Sequence record: OP617745.1
Strand: one strand, 5' to 3'
DNA length: 64,000 nucleotides
Positions 1-16,030 of this stretch are shown one piece after another (position 1 is the stretch's first letter; each line of letters starts with the position of its first letter). The notes under the pieces were generated by a model that saw only the letters and a list, made by a program, of their open reading frames with translations, was not told the origin of the DNA and did no database searches. The translations under genes were made by a program, and so were the position numbers.

Positions 1-666
1 CATCTTAATGGCGAAATCACCCGCCGCATCAGCAGCGGTACTTAGTAGTGGAACTACGGTAACGCCATCTTTAGCCAGCATTGGAACACCAGTAAGATCA
101 TCAATCAACAGACGACCTACTTCTTTTTCAGTACTTGGAACACCCTGGAAGGAACGAATGTTTTTATCAAATACATCAGCACGTTCGATCATAAAGGTAA
201 CAACAGTAGCAGCAGCGATTGAAGCAGTACCTACAGAAAGAACACCATTTGGTGCATTGGTAAAATCTTCAATAGCAACACCAGTAGGATTGCCAGCGAT
301 TTCAGAAGTACTCAGAATAACTGCACGTTGCTGGACGATATCAACAATACGTTGTAGATTCAGTTGAGCAGCATAGGCAGCATTGTAATCAGCTTCAAGT
401 GTCGCAACAACGAATGGAGTACCGTCAACGCGGATAATACCTTTTTCGTTAAGATAAGCAACGATTACTTCTGGTAGTTCAGTGTTTAGAAAACGTTGAA
501 CACCGACAAATGAACTAATTGCACCAGTAACCATAAAATCAACATTACCTAGTTTACTTACAGCGATTGATGCAAGGGCATTCTTACCATAGAAGTAGCC
601 AAGTACTTTATCATAAGAAAAGCCATTAATACGTTCAAATTCGGTATTAGTAGTATTAGTAGCCAT
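1..666 (-). CDS. Probable virion structural protein, paralogue of 682..1290; runs off the window start
   Basis: ATG at 666 opens a stop-free frame to position 1 (MATNTTNTEFERING...VQQRAVILSTS...TFMIERADVFDK...), with an RBS-like AGGGGA upstream. Not in the ORF track. Shares motifs with the neighbouring gene. Confidence 0.8.
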   Translation of the reverse strand, partial: MATNTTNTEFERINGFSYDKVLGYFYGKNALASIAVSKLGNVDFMVTGAISSFVGVQRFLNTELPEVIVAYLNEKGIIRVDGTPFVVATLEADYNAAYAAQLNLQRIVDIVQQRAVILSTSEIAGNPTGVAIEDFTNAPNGVLSVGTASIAAATVVTFMIERADVFDKNIRSFQGVPSTEKEVGRLLIDDLTGVPMLAKDGVTVVPLLSTAADAAGDFAIKM

Positions 667-681
667 AGTTAATTCCCCTTA

Positions 682-1290
682 TTATAGTTGTACTGGTAGA
701 GCAGCACGTACTTTAACAGCAGCAGCAGTAGCTGCACCAGCATTACCGCTTGCACCAGTACCACTTAGAGCATCGACAACGGCATCTTTAGTACGGAAAA
801 TACCAGCCTGTACCAGTGCTTTAGCTAGATCTTCTGCTGGGTTAACAGGGACGTCATAAGCAGCACCTGGACGTTTATCTTGTTTGTTGAATACGTCTTG
901 GCGTTCGATGATCCAAGTAATAGCAACAGAACCAGCACCACCAGCAACATCAACGCCGCTGGTTGCAAATGCAACTACATTAGCAGAAGCGGTTTTGAAA
1001 TTGGAAGGGATAACAACATCAGTATCAAATGCAATTGTAGAAGTAGTAACCAGTACTGCACGTTGACGTAGCAGTGAAGTAATTACGAACTGATTGTATT
1101 GAGCATTGGTTAGTGCAGTTTGAAGTGCCTGATCTTGTTCTTCAGAACCATCAGAAGTTACTTTGGTATGACCAACTTCAACATCAGTTGGTAGATCAAT
1201 TACTACGGTTACGAAACCGTTATTACCACCCCACCATTCGCGGCTATCAGCACTCATACCATAGTTGCGGTTAAAAGAGTTAAGACTCAT
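682..1290 (-). CDS. Probable virion structural protein (Ala/Val-rich)
   Basis: 202-aa ORF with GGAG RBS and an upstream TAAATA late-promoter-like motif (1342-1347, minus strand). Function is not recognised. Confidence 0.6.
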   Translation of the reverse strand: MSLNSFNRNYGMSADSREWWGGNNGFVTVVIDLPTDVEVGHTKVTSDGSEEQDQALQTALTNAQYNQFVITSLLRQRAVLVTTSTIAFDTDVVIPSNFKTASANVVAFATSGVDVAGGAGSVAITWIIERQDVFNKQDKRPGAAYDVPVNPAEDLAKALVQAGIFRTKDAVVDALSGTGASGNAGAATAAAVKVRAALPVQL

Positions 1291-1424
1291 AAAAAAATCT
1301 CCTTAGTCAATTTTGTTGTAAGTTTTCACCTTACTTAAAGTTATTTATCAAAATAAATCAGACCCCATTAAAATATAATAAAAAAGTCCAATTTTAACAT
1401 AATAATATTTATCTTTTAAATATT

Positions 1425-1453
1425 TGAACGAATTAAAATCTAAATGATATAAT
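1425..1453 (+). promoter_or_regulatory. Promoter TGAACG-N17-TATAAT (extended -10)
   Basis: TTTGAACG...TGATATAAT upstream of rnh; the motif recurs before several replication genes. Confidence 0.65.
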
Positions 1454-1489
1454 ATTATTGCTTATTATGAAATGAAACGGAGTTCATAA

Positions 1490-2961
<1,472 letters not shown>

Positions 2962-2996
2962 TTCAGGAGAAATGATAAGGATATCATTTTATTTTT

Positions 2997-6339
<3,343 letters not shown>

Positions 6340-6364
6340 ATATCTAAATAAAATACTAAAATAA

Positions 6365-7657
<1,293 letters not shown>

Positions 7658-7665
7658 ATAAAATC

Positions 7666-7774
7666 TGAACAAAAACTTGTAAGTTGATATAATGAATATT
7701 GTAAGGAGATGTACCTACAAATATAAAAAAGCAGTTAAATAATTTTGAACAAAAACACAAAAATGTTCTATAAT
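7666..7774 (+). promoter_or_regulatory. Two tandem TGAACA-N16/17-TATAAT promoters upstream of the SSB gene
   Basis: 7666-7693 and 7746-7774. Confidence 0.65.
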
Positions 7775-7867
7775 TATTTGGTAGGAAGGAAGAATGAATT
7801 TTCTTCTGATATTAGAGACAAAGAAAATATAAACAAAGATGCAATTAAACATAAAGGACTATAATAT

Positions 7868-8953
7868 ATGAAAACTCTAGCAGAAATTCGTGCAGAACTA
7901 AAAGCTCAAGCTGAAAAACAAGAAGCTCAAAAGAATGGTACATTTGTTGGTGAACGTAAACCAGATTCTTTCTTGGCTTTTTGGAATGTTGGTTTAAATG
8001 AAACTCTAAACCTGCGTTTTCTACCTGATGCAGATGAATCAAATCCATATTTCTGGCGTGAACGTGATATGATTAATCTTACCTTTAATGGTATTAAAGG
8101 TGTTAAACAAGAACGTGTAACTGTTCAAGTGCCATGTAATGAAATGTGGGTACCAAAAAGCTGCCCAGTATTGACTGAAGTTCGCAAATGGTTTGATGAA
8201 GCAAATAAAACCGGAAACGAGGAACTGAAAAAACTAGCATCCTCTTACTGGAAAAAGAAAACCTATCTGATGCAATGTTTTATTGCTCCAGACAGTGCAC
8301 CAGTTAAAGATGATATTGCTCCAGAAAACCCAATTCGTCGAATTCTAGCTAATAAAGATATCTTCGAAAAAGTAAAATCCATTCTACTTAATCCTGGTAT
8401 CAAAGAAATGCCAACTCACTTCGAATATGGTCGTGATTTTGGCATTACTAAAACTAAAAATGGTGGTGGGTATAACAATTATGATAGCTCACAATTTTCT
8501 ATGTCTGAACGTCCACTGAGTGCAGAAGAACGTGCAGCAATTGAAAAATATGGTCTGTATAATCTAAATGATTTTATGCCAAAACAACCAAACGCAGAAG
8601 AACTACAAGCAATCAAAGAAATGTTCGAAGCATCAGTAAAAGGTGAAGCTTATGATCCAGATCGTTGGGCTTTTGCTTACCGTCCAGCAGGTGTTCAAAA
8701 ACCACAAACTACATCTCCTGCTGATGTGATTGCTAGTGCAAATATTCAAACTCCATCTGTAAGTACTGAACCAACAACCCCTGTTGTAGAGAGTACCAGT
8801 ACTGCTGCATCAGACCTGCTAAATCGCCTGAAAACTAACAGTACTGCACCAGTACAGGAACCAGTAGTTGCATCAGCACCAGTTCCTGAAACTACCAAAA
8901 GTACTGCTTCAGCAGCAGATCTAATTGCCCGTCTGAAACAACAACAAAAATAA
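7868..8953 (+). CDS. ssb: Single-stranded DNA-binding protein (T4 gp32-like)
   Basis: LRFLPD, CPV, YWKKKTY, GRDFGITK and NYDSSQF motifs; lies directly upstream of uvsX. Confidence 0.85.
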   Translation: MKTLAEIRAELKAQAEKQEAQKNGTFVGERKPDSFLAFWNVGLNETLNLRFLPDADESNPYFWRERDMINLTFNGIKGVKQERVTVQVPCNEMWVPKSCPVLTEVRKWFDEANKTGNEELKKLASSYWKKKTYLMQCFIAPDSAPVKDDIAPENPIRRILANKDIFEKVKSILLNPGIKEMPTHFEYGRDFGITKTKNGGGYNNYDSSQFSMSERPLSAEERAAIEKYGLYNLNDFMPKQPNAEELQAIKEMFEASVKGEAYDPDRWAFAYRPAGVQKPQTTSPADVIASANIQTPSVSTEPTTPVVESTSTAASDLLNRLKTNSTAPVQEPVVASAPVPETTKSTASAADLIARLKQQQK

Positions 8954-8984
8954 TAAGTTTTTGGTACAATATAGAGTATATAAT

Positions 8985-9010
8985 AAAGGAGCTATGGATT
9001 AGCTCCTTTT
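8985..9010 (+). terminator. Intrinsic terminator
   Basis: AAAGGAGCTA-TGGAT-TAGCTCCTTTT. Confidence 0.75.
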
Positions 9011-9032
9011 CATTTCAAATGGAGAATTGAAT

Positions 9033-10145
9033 ATGAAACTTACAAGTGGTTTTGCTAATATTTTAAAAAATAGTACTGCATCAGTTAAAAAGAATACTGG
9101 TGTTAGCGTTGGATTCCATGATCCTGATACATGGATCAGTACTGGGAACTACGCATTGAATTATCGAATGACTACTGATTTTCACAAAGGGGTGCCCCTC
9201 GGCAAAGTCGCCATGCTATCAGGCCAAAGTGGTAGTGGAAAATCTTTTATTGCATCTGGTAATATTGTGCGAGAAGCACAGAAGCAAGGTATTTTTGTAG
9301 TACTAATTGATTCTGAAAATGCTCTTGATGAAGATTGGTTACATGCTTTGGGTGTAGATACTTCAGAAGATAAACTTCTAAAAGTTAACATGGGCATGAT
9401 AAACGATGTAGCCAAATTCACATATGAATTTATTGATGGCTATCGAAAAGAATATTCAGATGTTCCTCGTGAAGATCGTCAGAAAGTTCTGTTTGTTGTA
9501 GATAGCATTGGTTTCTTATCTGTACCAGCCGCCGTAGATCAATTTAAAACAGGTGATCTTAAAGGTGACATGGGGATAAAGGCTAAACAATTAAAGGCAT
9601 ATATTACACAATGTGTAAATTCATTCGGTGATTTAAATATTGGTATGGTTTGTGTTAATCACTCATATGAATCTCAAGATATGTTCAATCCAGATCCTAA
9701 GATCTCAGGAGGACAAGGGCTTGTCTATGCTTGTAGTATGGTGGTTGCTATGTCTCAACTAAAATTAAAAGAAGATACCGATGGAAATAAAACTTCCGAA
9801 GTAAATGGCATTCGTGCTATTTGTAAAGTGATGAAGTCTAGATATGCAAAACCTCATGAAACCGTGGAAATCAAAATTCCGTGGGATACTGGTATGAATC
9901 CTTACAGTGGATTAGTTGAAATGTTTGAAAAATATAATCTACTTACAAAATCAGGAAATCGTCTTACTTATACTGATATTGATACTGGTGAACAAATTAT
10001 CAAATATAGAAAAGCATGGCAATCAAATGAAGATCAGTGTTTGGATTTGATTATGAATCAATTTCACAGAAATCCATTGATTACCCCTGTTTCAGAAGAA
10101 GAAAAGGGTGATGAAAACTTTGGTGTAGAACAAGACACAGAATAA
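9033..10145 (+). CDS. uvsX: RecA/UvsX recombinase
   Basis: ISTGNYALN, Walker A GQSGSGKS, IDSENALD, VVDSIG and GGQG motifs. The ATG at 9033 fits the GGAG RBS. Confidence 0.93.
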   Translation: MKLTSGFANILKNSTASVKKNTGVSVGFHDPDTWISTGNYALNYRMTTDFHKGVPLGKVAMLSGQSGSGKSFIASGNIVREAQKQGIFVVLIDSENALDEDWLHALGVDTSEDKLLKVNMGMINDVAKFTYEFIDGYRKEYSDVPREDRQKVLFVVDSIGFLSVPAAVDQFKTGDLKGDMGIKAKQLKAYITQCVNSFGDLNIGMVCVNHSYESQDMFNPDPKISGGQGLVYACSMVVAMSQLKLKEDTDGNKTSEVNGIRAICKVMKSRYAKPHETVEIKIPWDTGMNPYSGLVEMFEKYNLLTKSGNRLTYTDIDTGEQIIKYRKAWQSNEDQCLDLIMNQFHRNPLITPVSEEEKGDENFGVEQDTE

Positions 10146-10152
10146 TTACATA

Positions 10153-10180
10153 AAAGTGGTTGATTTTAATCAACCACTTT
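10153..10180. repeat. Perfect 13-bp inverted repeat
   Basis: AAAGTGGTTGATT-TT-AATCAACCACTTT between uvsX and the endonuclease gene. Confidence 0.85.
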
Positions 10181-10221
10181 GTTGTGCTGAAAGTATGACA
10201 AATTTTAAGTTGAGATATAAA

Positions 10222-11355
10222 ATGGGTATTTTACATATAACACAGGAAGAAGCTGTAAATAAAGTTCAACTAAAATGTTTAGAAAAACAATACAAATTTA
10301 AAAAATTCGTTTACACCGGAACCAAAACATATATTGAGTTGATTTGCTATTGTGGACATGAATGGAAGACCAAATATGATAAATTTGTGAATGGTAACAG
10401 AGGATGCCCAAATTGTAATGGTGGAGTAAAATTAACGCAACAAGCAGCAGAATCTAATGTGAAACAAAAGTGTATTGAGAAAAAATATACATATAAGAAT
10501 TTTGTTTATACAAATAATAATACTAAAATTGTTTTAAATTGTCATTGTGGATATACATGGGAAGCTTCTTATAGAAGTCTTGTAAAAAATAATAGTGGTT
10601 GTCCTAAATGTGCTGGAAGAGCTACAATAACACAAAAAGATGCTGAGTATAATGTAAAAGAAAAATGTTTAGAATATAATTATACTTTTGGAACATTTGT
10701 TTATAAAAACAATAAAACAAAAATTCCATTAACATGTCATTGTGGATATAAATGGTATGTATCATACAGTAATTTTATCCATAGTGGAACTATTTGTCCA
10801 AAGTGTAATGGTGGTATAAAATTAACACAAGAAGAAGCAGAATACAATGTACAAAAGAAATGCATAGAAAGAAATTATATTTCTAAATCTTTTGTATATA
10901 TTAATAACATTACTAAAATTTCATTAATATGTAATTATGGTCATGAATGGTTATCAGCATATAATGATTTTGTTATTGGGAATAATGGGTGTCCATATTG
11001 TGCTGGAAAAAATCAGAAATACGCATATATTCACTCAATTATGGATGGTGATATACCTATTTCTTTAAAATATGGAATTGAAACGATATCCAATCACAGA
11101 CACAAAAAACAAAATAGAAAATCCGTTTATATAGTTAAACCATTATTATTATTTTATTTTGAATCAGTCAATGATTGTAAATCAGCAGAAAAAGAATGCA
11201 TTAAACTTTTTCAAAAAGAAAACAAAGAACTTTTTGGAAGAAAGGGTTATATAACTAAAGAAGAAATGAAGGATGGTTGGACGGAAACCACATCTGTTTC
11301 TAATATTGAAAAAATCATTTCTATCTATGAAAAATGGGGTGGAATTAAACAATAA
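10222..11355 (+). CDS. Putative free-standing homing endonuclease: four 65-aa zinc-ribbon repeats plus a GIY-YIG-like C-terminal domain
   Basis: Repeats CxCGHxW...GCPxC at about 10234-11013. The C-terminal YAYI...LKYGI...R...E pattern is GIY-YIG/T5orf172-like. The start codon is uncertain. Confidence 0.7.
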   Translation: MGILHITQEEAVNKVQLKCLEKQYKFKKFVYTGTKTYIELICYCGHEWKTKYDKFVNGNRGCPNCNGGVKLTQQAAESNVKQKCIEKKYTYKNFVYTNNNTKIVLNCHCGYTWEASYRSLVKNNSGCPKCAGRATITQKDAEYNVKEKCLEYNYTFGTFVYKNNKTKIPLTCHCGYKWYVSYSNFIHSGTICPKCNGGIKLTQEEAEYNVQKKCIERNYISKSFVYINNITKISLICNYGHEWLSAYNDFVIGNNGCPYCAGKNQKYAYIHSIMDGDIPISLKYGIETISNHRHKKQNRKSVYIVKPLLLFYFESVNDCKSAEKECIKLFQKENKELFGRKGYITKEEMKDGWTETTSVSNIEKIISIYEKWGGIKQ

Positions 11356-11819
11356 TGGCAAAACCGTGGCATTGGATAATTAAGGACGATAAAACTAAAC
11401 TTCTGGACTTGATTACATATTTCAGTACTGAAATTGATGAAGCAAAGAAAGAAGTTAAAAAGGTTGGGTCTGTTGAGAAATTGGCACAAGACTTACCGGG
11501 CTGGCATGAAACACGTTTGTCACAATTACAAGAGCTTGAAGCAGTACTGGAAACACTTGAAATAGAAATGAAACAAATACAGGCAGAAAAATTTAAATAC
11601 TATCTGGAATCATATCGACGTCAGCTATCCAGTTCAGACTGTAAGAAGTATGTTGATGGTGATAAAGATGTGTGTGATTTGGCTGAAGTTATTAACGAAG
11701 TTGCTTTTCTACGAAATCAATACACCAGTATTATTAAATCATTAGAAATGAAAGCATTCCAATTAAACAATATTGTTAAATTGCGATGTGCTGGCTTGGA
11801 AGACATTAGACTAGATTAG
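11355..11819 (+). CDS. uvsY: UvsY recombination mediator
   Basis: KYVDGD, FLRNQY...KSLEMKAFQLNNIVKLRCAG; lies between uvsX and uvsW. Confidence 0.85.
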   Translation: MAKPWHWIIKDDKTKLLDLITYFSTEIDEAKKEVKKVGSVEKLAQDLPGWHETRLSQLQELEAVLETLEIEMKQIQAEKFKYYLESYRRQLSSSDCKKYVDGDKDVCDLAEVINEVAFLRNQYTSIIKSLEMKAFQLNNIVKLRCAGLEDIRLD

Positions 11820-11820
11820 A

Positions 11821-11845
11821 AAAAAGGACGCTTATGCGTCCTTTT
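11821..11845 (+). terminator. Intrinsic terminator
   Basis: AAAAAGGACGC-TTAT-GCGTCCTTTT. Confidence 0.8.
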
Positions 11846-11864
11846 ATACGTTATAGGGAAATAT

Positions 11865-12686
11865 ATGACAAATAAACTTGAAGAATTTGTGAATTCTATT
11901 GCAGTACTGGATACTGAAACCAATGGTATTCTTGAAACCGATGAAATTATAGAATTTAGTATTTCATTTCCAGAATCATTGAATGATTCTATTGATAATA
12001 TTATGAATTACACCAATCGTTATAAACCACAAAAAGAAGTGCCAGCTATAGCAAGTTCAGTTCATTTTATTACAAATGAAGATTTGGAAAGTTGTGGAAC
12101 TTATGATTCTGAATTACCAACAATTGATGCATTAATGGGAAGTCGTCAATATTATGTTGGTCACAATGTACAATTTGATCGTAGAATGATGCGTCAATGT
12201 GAAGATAAATATCGCAGTGAACCTTCTCAATATCTATATGAAGATAATTGGATTTGCACTTTACGATTAGCCAAAAAACTTCATGCAGAAGATTCTGATT
12301 ACGATAATATGACTCTAAGTTACTTATGGTTTAAACTTGGGTGTTATAAGGGGCATCGTAAAGTAGAAGCACATAGTGCACGTGATGATGTTTTTATGTG
12401 TTACTCGGTGCTAATTAAATTAGTTGAAGAATGCATTTCACTTGGAATCATTGATCCAAATAATGACATTGGATCTCAAATTATTCAGTACTGTAATACT
12501 CCTATTATCTATAAAAAGGTGACATTTGGTAAACACAAAGGAATGGATTTTTCTGAATTACCAATGGATTACCTTATGTGGATGATTACAAATAGTGACA
12601 TTTTAAATACTGACAAAGAAGATTGTGATATGGATTTAGTCGCAACTTTCCAGTACGAATATAATAGAAGAACAGCAGGAATATAA
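11865..12686 (+). CDS. DEDDh 3'-5' exonuclease (DnaQ/ExoX-like)
   Basis: VLDTET, GHNVQFD, WICTLRLA and AHSARDD motifs; C-terminal TFGKHKG...P.DYL domain. Confidence 0.85.
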   Translation: MTNKLEEFVNSIAVLDTETNGILETDEIIEFSISFPESLNDSIDNIMNYTNRYKPQKEVPAIASSVHFITNEDLESCGTYDSELPTIDALMGSRQYYVGHNVQFDRRMMRQCEDKYRSEPSQYLYEDNWICTLRLAKKLHAEDSDYDNMTLSYLWFKLGCYKGHRKVEAHSARDDVFMCYSVLIKLVEECISLGIIDPNNDIGSQIIQYCNTPIIYKKVTFGKHKGMDFSELPMDYLMWMITNSDILNTDKEDCDMDLVATFQYEYNRRTAGI

Positions 12687-12701
12687 TAAAGGGACTCAAG
12701 G

Positions 12702-14237
12702 ATGGAAATACCAAAAGTAGGAACTGGAACGTTCCGACCAAAAGCAAGAAAAGGTACTTCATGTAAGTTAATTATTCAAGATGAAGTAAATTGTAAATTT
12801 GAAGGATTAGATCCTTCCTTACGTACATTATTAATGAAAGAGGTATCATATACCTTACCATATGCAAAATTCACTCCAGCAGGTAGATTGGGTCGCTGGA
12901 ATGGTGAAGTAAATTTTATGAATATGGGTGGTAGTACTTATCTTCATATGATGGATAAATTATTACCAATACTTGATGAATATGAAGTACAAATAGAATT
13001 AGAAGATCATAGGATTGATTATGGTTTTCAATTCGATCCGATTGATGAGAATATTTTCAGTGATGTAGTATTTCCAATTGGGCATCACATGGAAGGTAAG
13101 TCAATTGTTTTACGTGAACACCAAGTACAAGCAGTTAATTCTTGTTTATCTAATCCACATGGTATATTACTTGCTGCAACTGGAAGTGGGAAGTCATTAA
13201 TTACTGCCGCTTTGTCTAAATCAGTACAGAAATATGGACGAAGTGTTGTTATTGTGCCCAGTACTGATCTTGTTCAACAAACATATAATGATTATATTCT
13301 TTGTGGATTAGATACGGGAATGTTTTGTGGAACGCAAAAAGACTTTAATCATCAACACACTATAACAACTTGGCAATCATTTAATTCCTTATGGAAAAAA
13401 ACCAAGAAAGGTGAAATAGAATTAACAGAGCAAGATGTTCATGACTTCATTGATGGTGTAGTGGCTGTTGTAGTTGATGAGGTTCAGGGAGCACGCGGCT
13501 CGGCATTATCGGATTTATTATCAAAAGTAATGCAGAATGTGCCTTTGCGTTGGGGTTTAACTGGAACAATCCCAAAAGATCAAATTGAAGCAGCCAGAAT
13601 TAAATGTAATCTTGGTAATGTGATTTATACTGTTACATCAAAAGAATTACAAGATAAAAAGATACTAAGTACTTGTAACATTAGTTGTATAAAATTAAAA
13701 AGTTCAATGAAGTTTGAGAATTATTCCGAAGAATTAAAATTTCTAACAACTGATAGAGAAAGAATGTCATATGTTGCTAAGCTTATTCAAGCATTATCTG
13801 AATCAGGTAATACATTAGTATTGGTTGATAGAATTGAATGTGGTAATCTTTTATGTGAATTTTTAGGTTTACCAAAATCAGAATTTGTTAAAGGTGACAC
13901 AAAGAAAAAAGATCGTGAATCTTCTTATGGTGAAATTCGTTGGGCTGATAATAAAATTTTAATTGCTACATATGGTGTTGCTAGTACTGGAATTAGTATT
14001 TCCAGACTTTATAATGTGGTACTAGTTGAACCAGGAAAGAGTTTTATAAAAACAATCCAGAGTATAGGTCGTGGATTACGTGTGGCTGAAGACAAAGACC
14101 ATGTTGAAATCATTGATATCAGTAGTTCAACAAAATACAGTGCAAAACATCTCAGAGAGCGTTTGGTTTATTACAAGGAAGCAAAATATCCACACAATGT
14201 CATAGAAGTAAAAGACTGGCAAAATCTCTCAGACTAA
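12702..14237 (+). CDS. uvsW: UvsW SF2 DNA helicase
   Basis: LREHQ, ATGSGKS, VVDEVQ, GLTGT and QSIGRGLR motifs. Confidence 0.92.
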   Translation: MEIPKVGTGTFRPKARKGTSCKLIIQDEVNCKFEGLDPSLRTLLMKEVSYTLPYAKFTPAGRLGRWNGEVNFMNMGGSTYLHMMDKLLPILDEYEVQIELEDHRIDYGFQFDPIDENIFSDVVFPIGHHMEGKSIVLREHQVQAVNSCLSNPHGILLAATGSGKSLITAALSKSVQKYGRSVVIVPSTDLVQQTYNDYILCGLDTGMFCGTQKDFNHQHTITTWQSFNSLWKKTKKGEIELTEQDVHDFIDGVVAVVVDEVQGARGSALSDLLSKVMQNVPLRWGLTGTIPKDQIEAARIKCNLGNVIYTVTSKELQDKKILSTCNISCIKLKSSMKFENYSEELKFLTTDRERMSYVAKLIQALSESGNTLVLVDRIECGNLLCEFLGLPKSEFVKGDTKKKDRESSYGEIRWADNKILIATYGVASTGISISRLYNVVLVEPGKSFIKTIQSIGRGLRVAEDKDHVEIIDISSSTKYSAKHLRERLVYYKEAKYPHNVIEVKDWQNLSD

Positions 14238-14313
14238 AAAAATGGATTGAAGCTGAATGAAATTGAAAAAAATGATATAATTATTGTGTAAAATCAACAA
14301 GGAAGTAGAAATT

Positions 14314-14736
14314 ATGGAATTAAGAACTAGCATTTCTTTTATTGGTACTGAAGATGTACTATCTAAAATCGATTATCTAATCAATGAAGAATCTCTTATT
14401 GATGATATGGTTTATTCGCTGGATTTTATCTCTGAACTGGAAACAGAAGATACTTATGTTTATCGTTGTTACAGTACTGGTGATTCGTGGGTAAACATCT
14501 ATGATATTCATTCACGATTTTCTACAAATGGAATTGATAAATGTGATATCATTTACACCAGTACTGATTCAGAGACTTATGTTGATGTGATCAGTTTGAG
14601 TGGAAATTTTGATGCTTATGTTGATTGTGATCCTGAAAAAATTCAGGAAATTTGTGAAACATATGGGCTTGAATTTTTTGGTTCAGATGAACCAGAAGAA
14701 GAATACGACGACGACGAAGAAGAGGGATATTATTGA
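14314..14736 (+). CDS. Acidic hypothetical protein
   Basis: ORF with AAGGA RBS and a D/E-rich tail, downstream of a TGATATAAT promoter. Confidence 0.65.
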   Translation: MELRTSISFIGTEDVLSKIDYLINEESLIDDMVYSLDFISELETEDTYVYRCYSTGDSWVNIYDIHSRFSTNGIDKCDIIYTSTDSETYVDVISLSGNFDAYVDCDPEKIQEICETYGLEFFGSDEPEEEYDDDEEEGYY

Positions 14737-15233
14737 TGAATATTTTAACACCAGAAAATAACGCATTTGATATGGATTTGGTATCAGATTTAATTCCCGA
14801 AGAAATGTATTGCGTACTGGATTTAAGTCCAGGTGGAGATAGTGATTTTTATTTTCGTCATATTCTCAATACTATCACATTCAACAGCAATAGTGCTGAT
14901 ATTCAAATTGGTAATAAAGTACTACAAGTACCTCTAAACTGGCAAATTATGTTAGGTGATGAAGATACTGGAATGGTAGAAATGTGTACTATTGAAAACA
15001 TACTTAATATGAAAGAACCAAAAGCATATGTTTTCAATCCAATTCGTTCTATGTATCCACGTTTTGAACCAGTTAAAGTACTAAGAGCATTTACTCTACC
15101 TACTAAATGGCAAATTCCAATTGTACCAAAAAAGAATTTGCTATGTGTTCCATTACAACACGGTTCTAATCCACCTTGCGTATATTTCGCAGATGAAAAT
15201 GAGAAAATTCAGGATTTACATTTGGGGCTATAA
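14733..15233 (+). CDS. Hypothetical protein
   Basis: 166-aa ORF coupled to both neighbours. Confidence 0.7.
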   Translation: MMNILTPENNAFDMDLVSDLIPEEMYCVLDLSPGGDSDFYFRHILNTITFNSNSADIQIGNKVLQVPLNWQIMLGDEDTGMVEMCTIENILNMKEPKAYVFNPIRSMYPRFEPVKVLRAFTLPTKWQIPIVPKKNLLCVPLQHGSNPPCVYFADENEKIQDLHLGL

Positions 15234-16030
15234 TGTCTGATAAAAAAGAATTACAAATTCAGGATGTATTACATCATATTGATATTGCAGATTATAAGTA
15301 CTATGATACACTTAGTGACGAAGAAAAGAAAAGTTTCACGCCATATACTGTTTTGAGATGGGTAAGTGCGTTGGACGATTCGTTATTGGTTACTTATAAC
15401 GCAAAAGAGATTGAAAATGTATTCGGTAAATGGAAGGGTGGTGGTAAAGAAGCATTAAACGAGCTTGTATTAGAACTCCAGAAAGATGGAGTTGGGGTTT
15501 TGAATGTATCAAAATACTGCCATACCGAACCTTATGATTGGCGAATCAAATTTTCAGTTAAAGACAAAAATTCCAGCGAAAAATTGATTTCCACACTGAA
15601 GGATTTTGGAATTAAATCATATGAGATTCTCCAACTGGAAAATAGTGATGTACTAAAATATCAATTAATCTTTTTAAATGATATGGTTAACGATGGATTT
15701 TGGGAAATGAAAGACCATCCTGATTTAGTGTATCAATTGATGTGTTCGGTTCAGGATATGGTTGGTGCTGAACCTAAAGTACATAACTGGATCCCGTTTA
15801 CTAAAGGTTTGAAGAATGTTAGTACTGAATTATTCAATATCATTAAACAAACCCAACCCGAATTAACACGAGAAAATATAAACGAGCTTGAATATAAAAT
15901 TCTCCTTTTATCTTACTCTAAAGAATCTTTTAAAGAACTACTTGATGATTTTGGATATCAGGAGAATGAAGTTAAAAAATTATTAAAAACATTTAAAGAA
16001 GAATGTTCGAAATATGGCAAAGAGATCTAG
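15233..16030 (+). CDS. Hypothetical protein, possibly clamp-loader small subunit (gp62)-like
   Basis: FTPYTVLRWVS...LNDMVN...HNWIP is weakly reminiscent of gp62; this assignment is uncertain. Confidence 0.3.
   Translation: MSDKKELQIQDVLHHIDIADYKYYDTLSDEEKKSFTPYTVLRWVSALDDSLLVTYNAKEIENVFGKWKGGGKEALNELVLELQKDGVGVLNVSKYCHTEPYDWRIKFSVKDKNSSEKLISTLKDFGIKSYEILQLENSDVLKYQLIFLNDMVNDGFWEMKDHPDLVYQLMCSVQDMVGAEPKVHNWIPFTKGLKNVSTELFNIIKQTQPELTRENINELEYKILLLSYSKESFKELLDDFGYQENEVKKLLKTFKEECSKYGKEI

Noticed and set aside
8-367. Plus-strand 119-aa ORF and the many short antisense or alternative-frame ORFs in the track
   Set aside because: They are shadows of longer genes with recognisable motifs, and lack an RBS or plausible composition.
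10234-11013. Tandem 195-nt repeats as a CRISPR-like array
   Set aside because: The units are degenerate, in frame and protein-coding, with no repeat-spacer structure.
14733-15233. Faint HINT-like pattern in a hypothetical protein
   Set aside because: No N-terminal nucleophile block, TxxH or terminal HN; the resemblance is too weak to call an intein.
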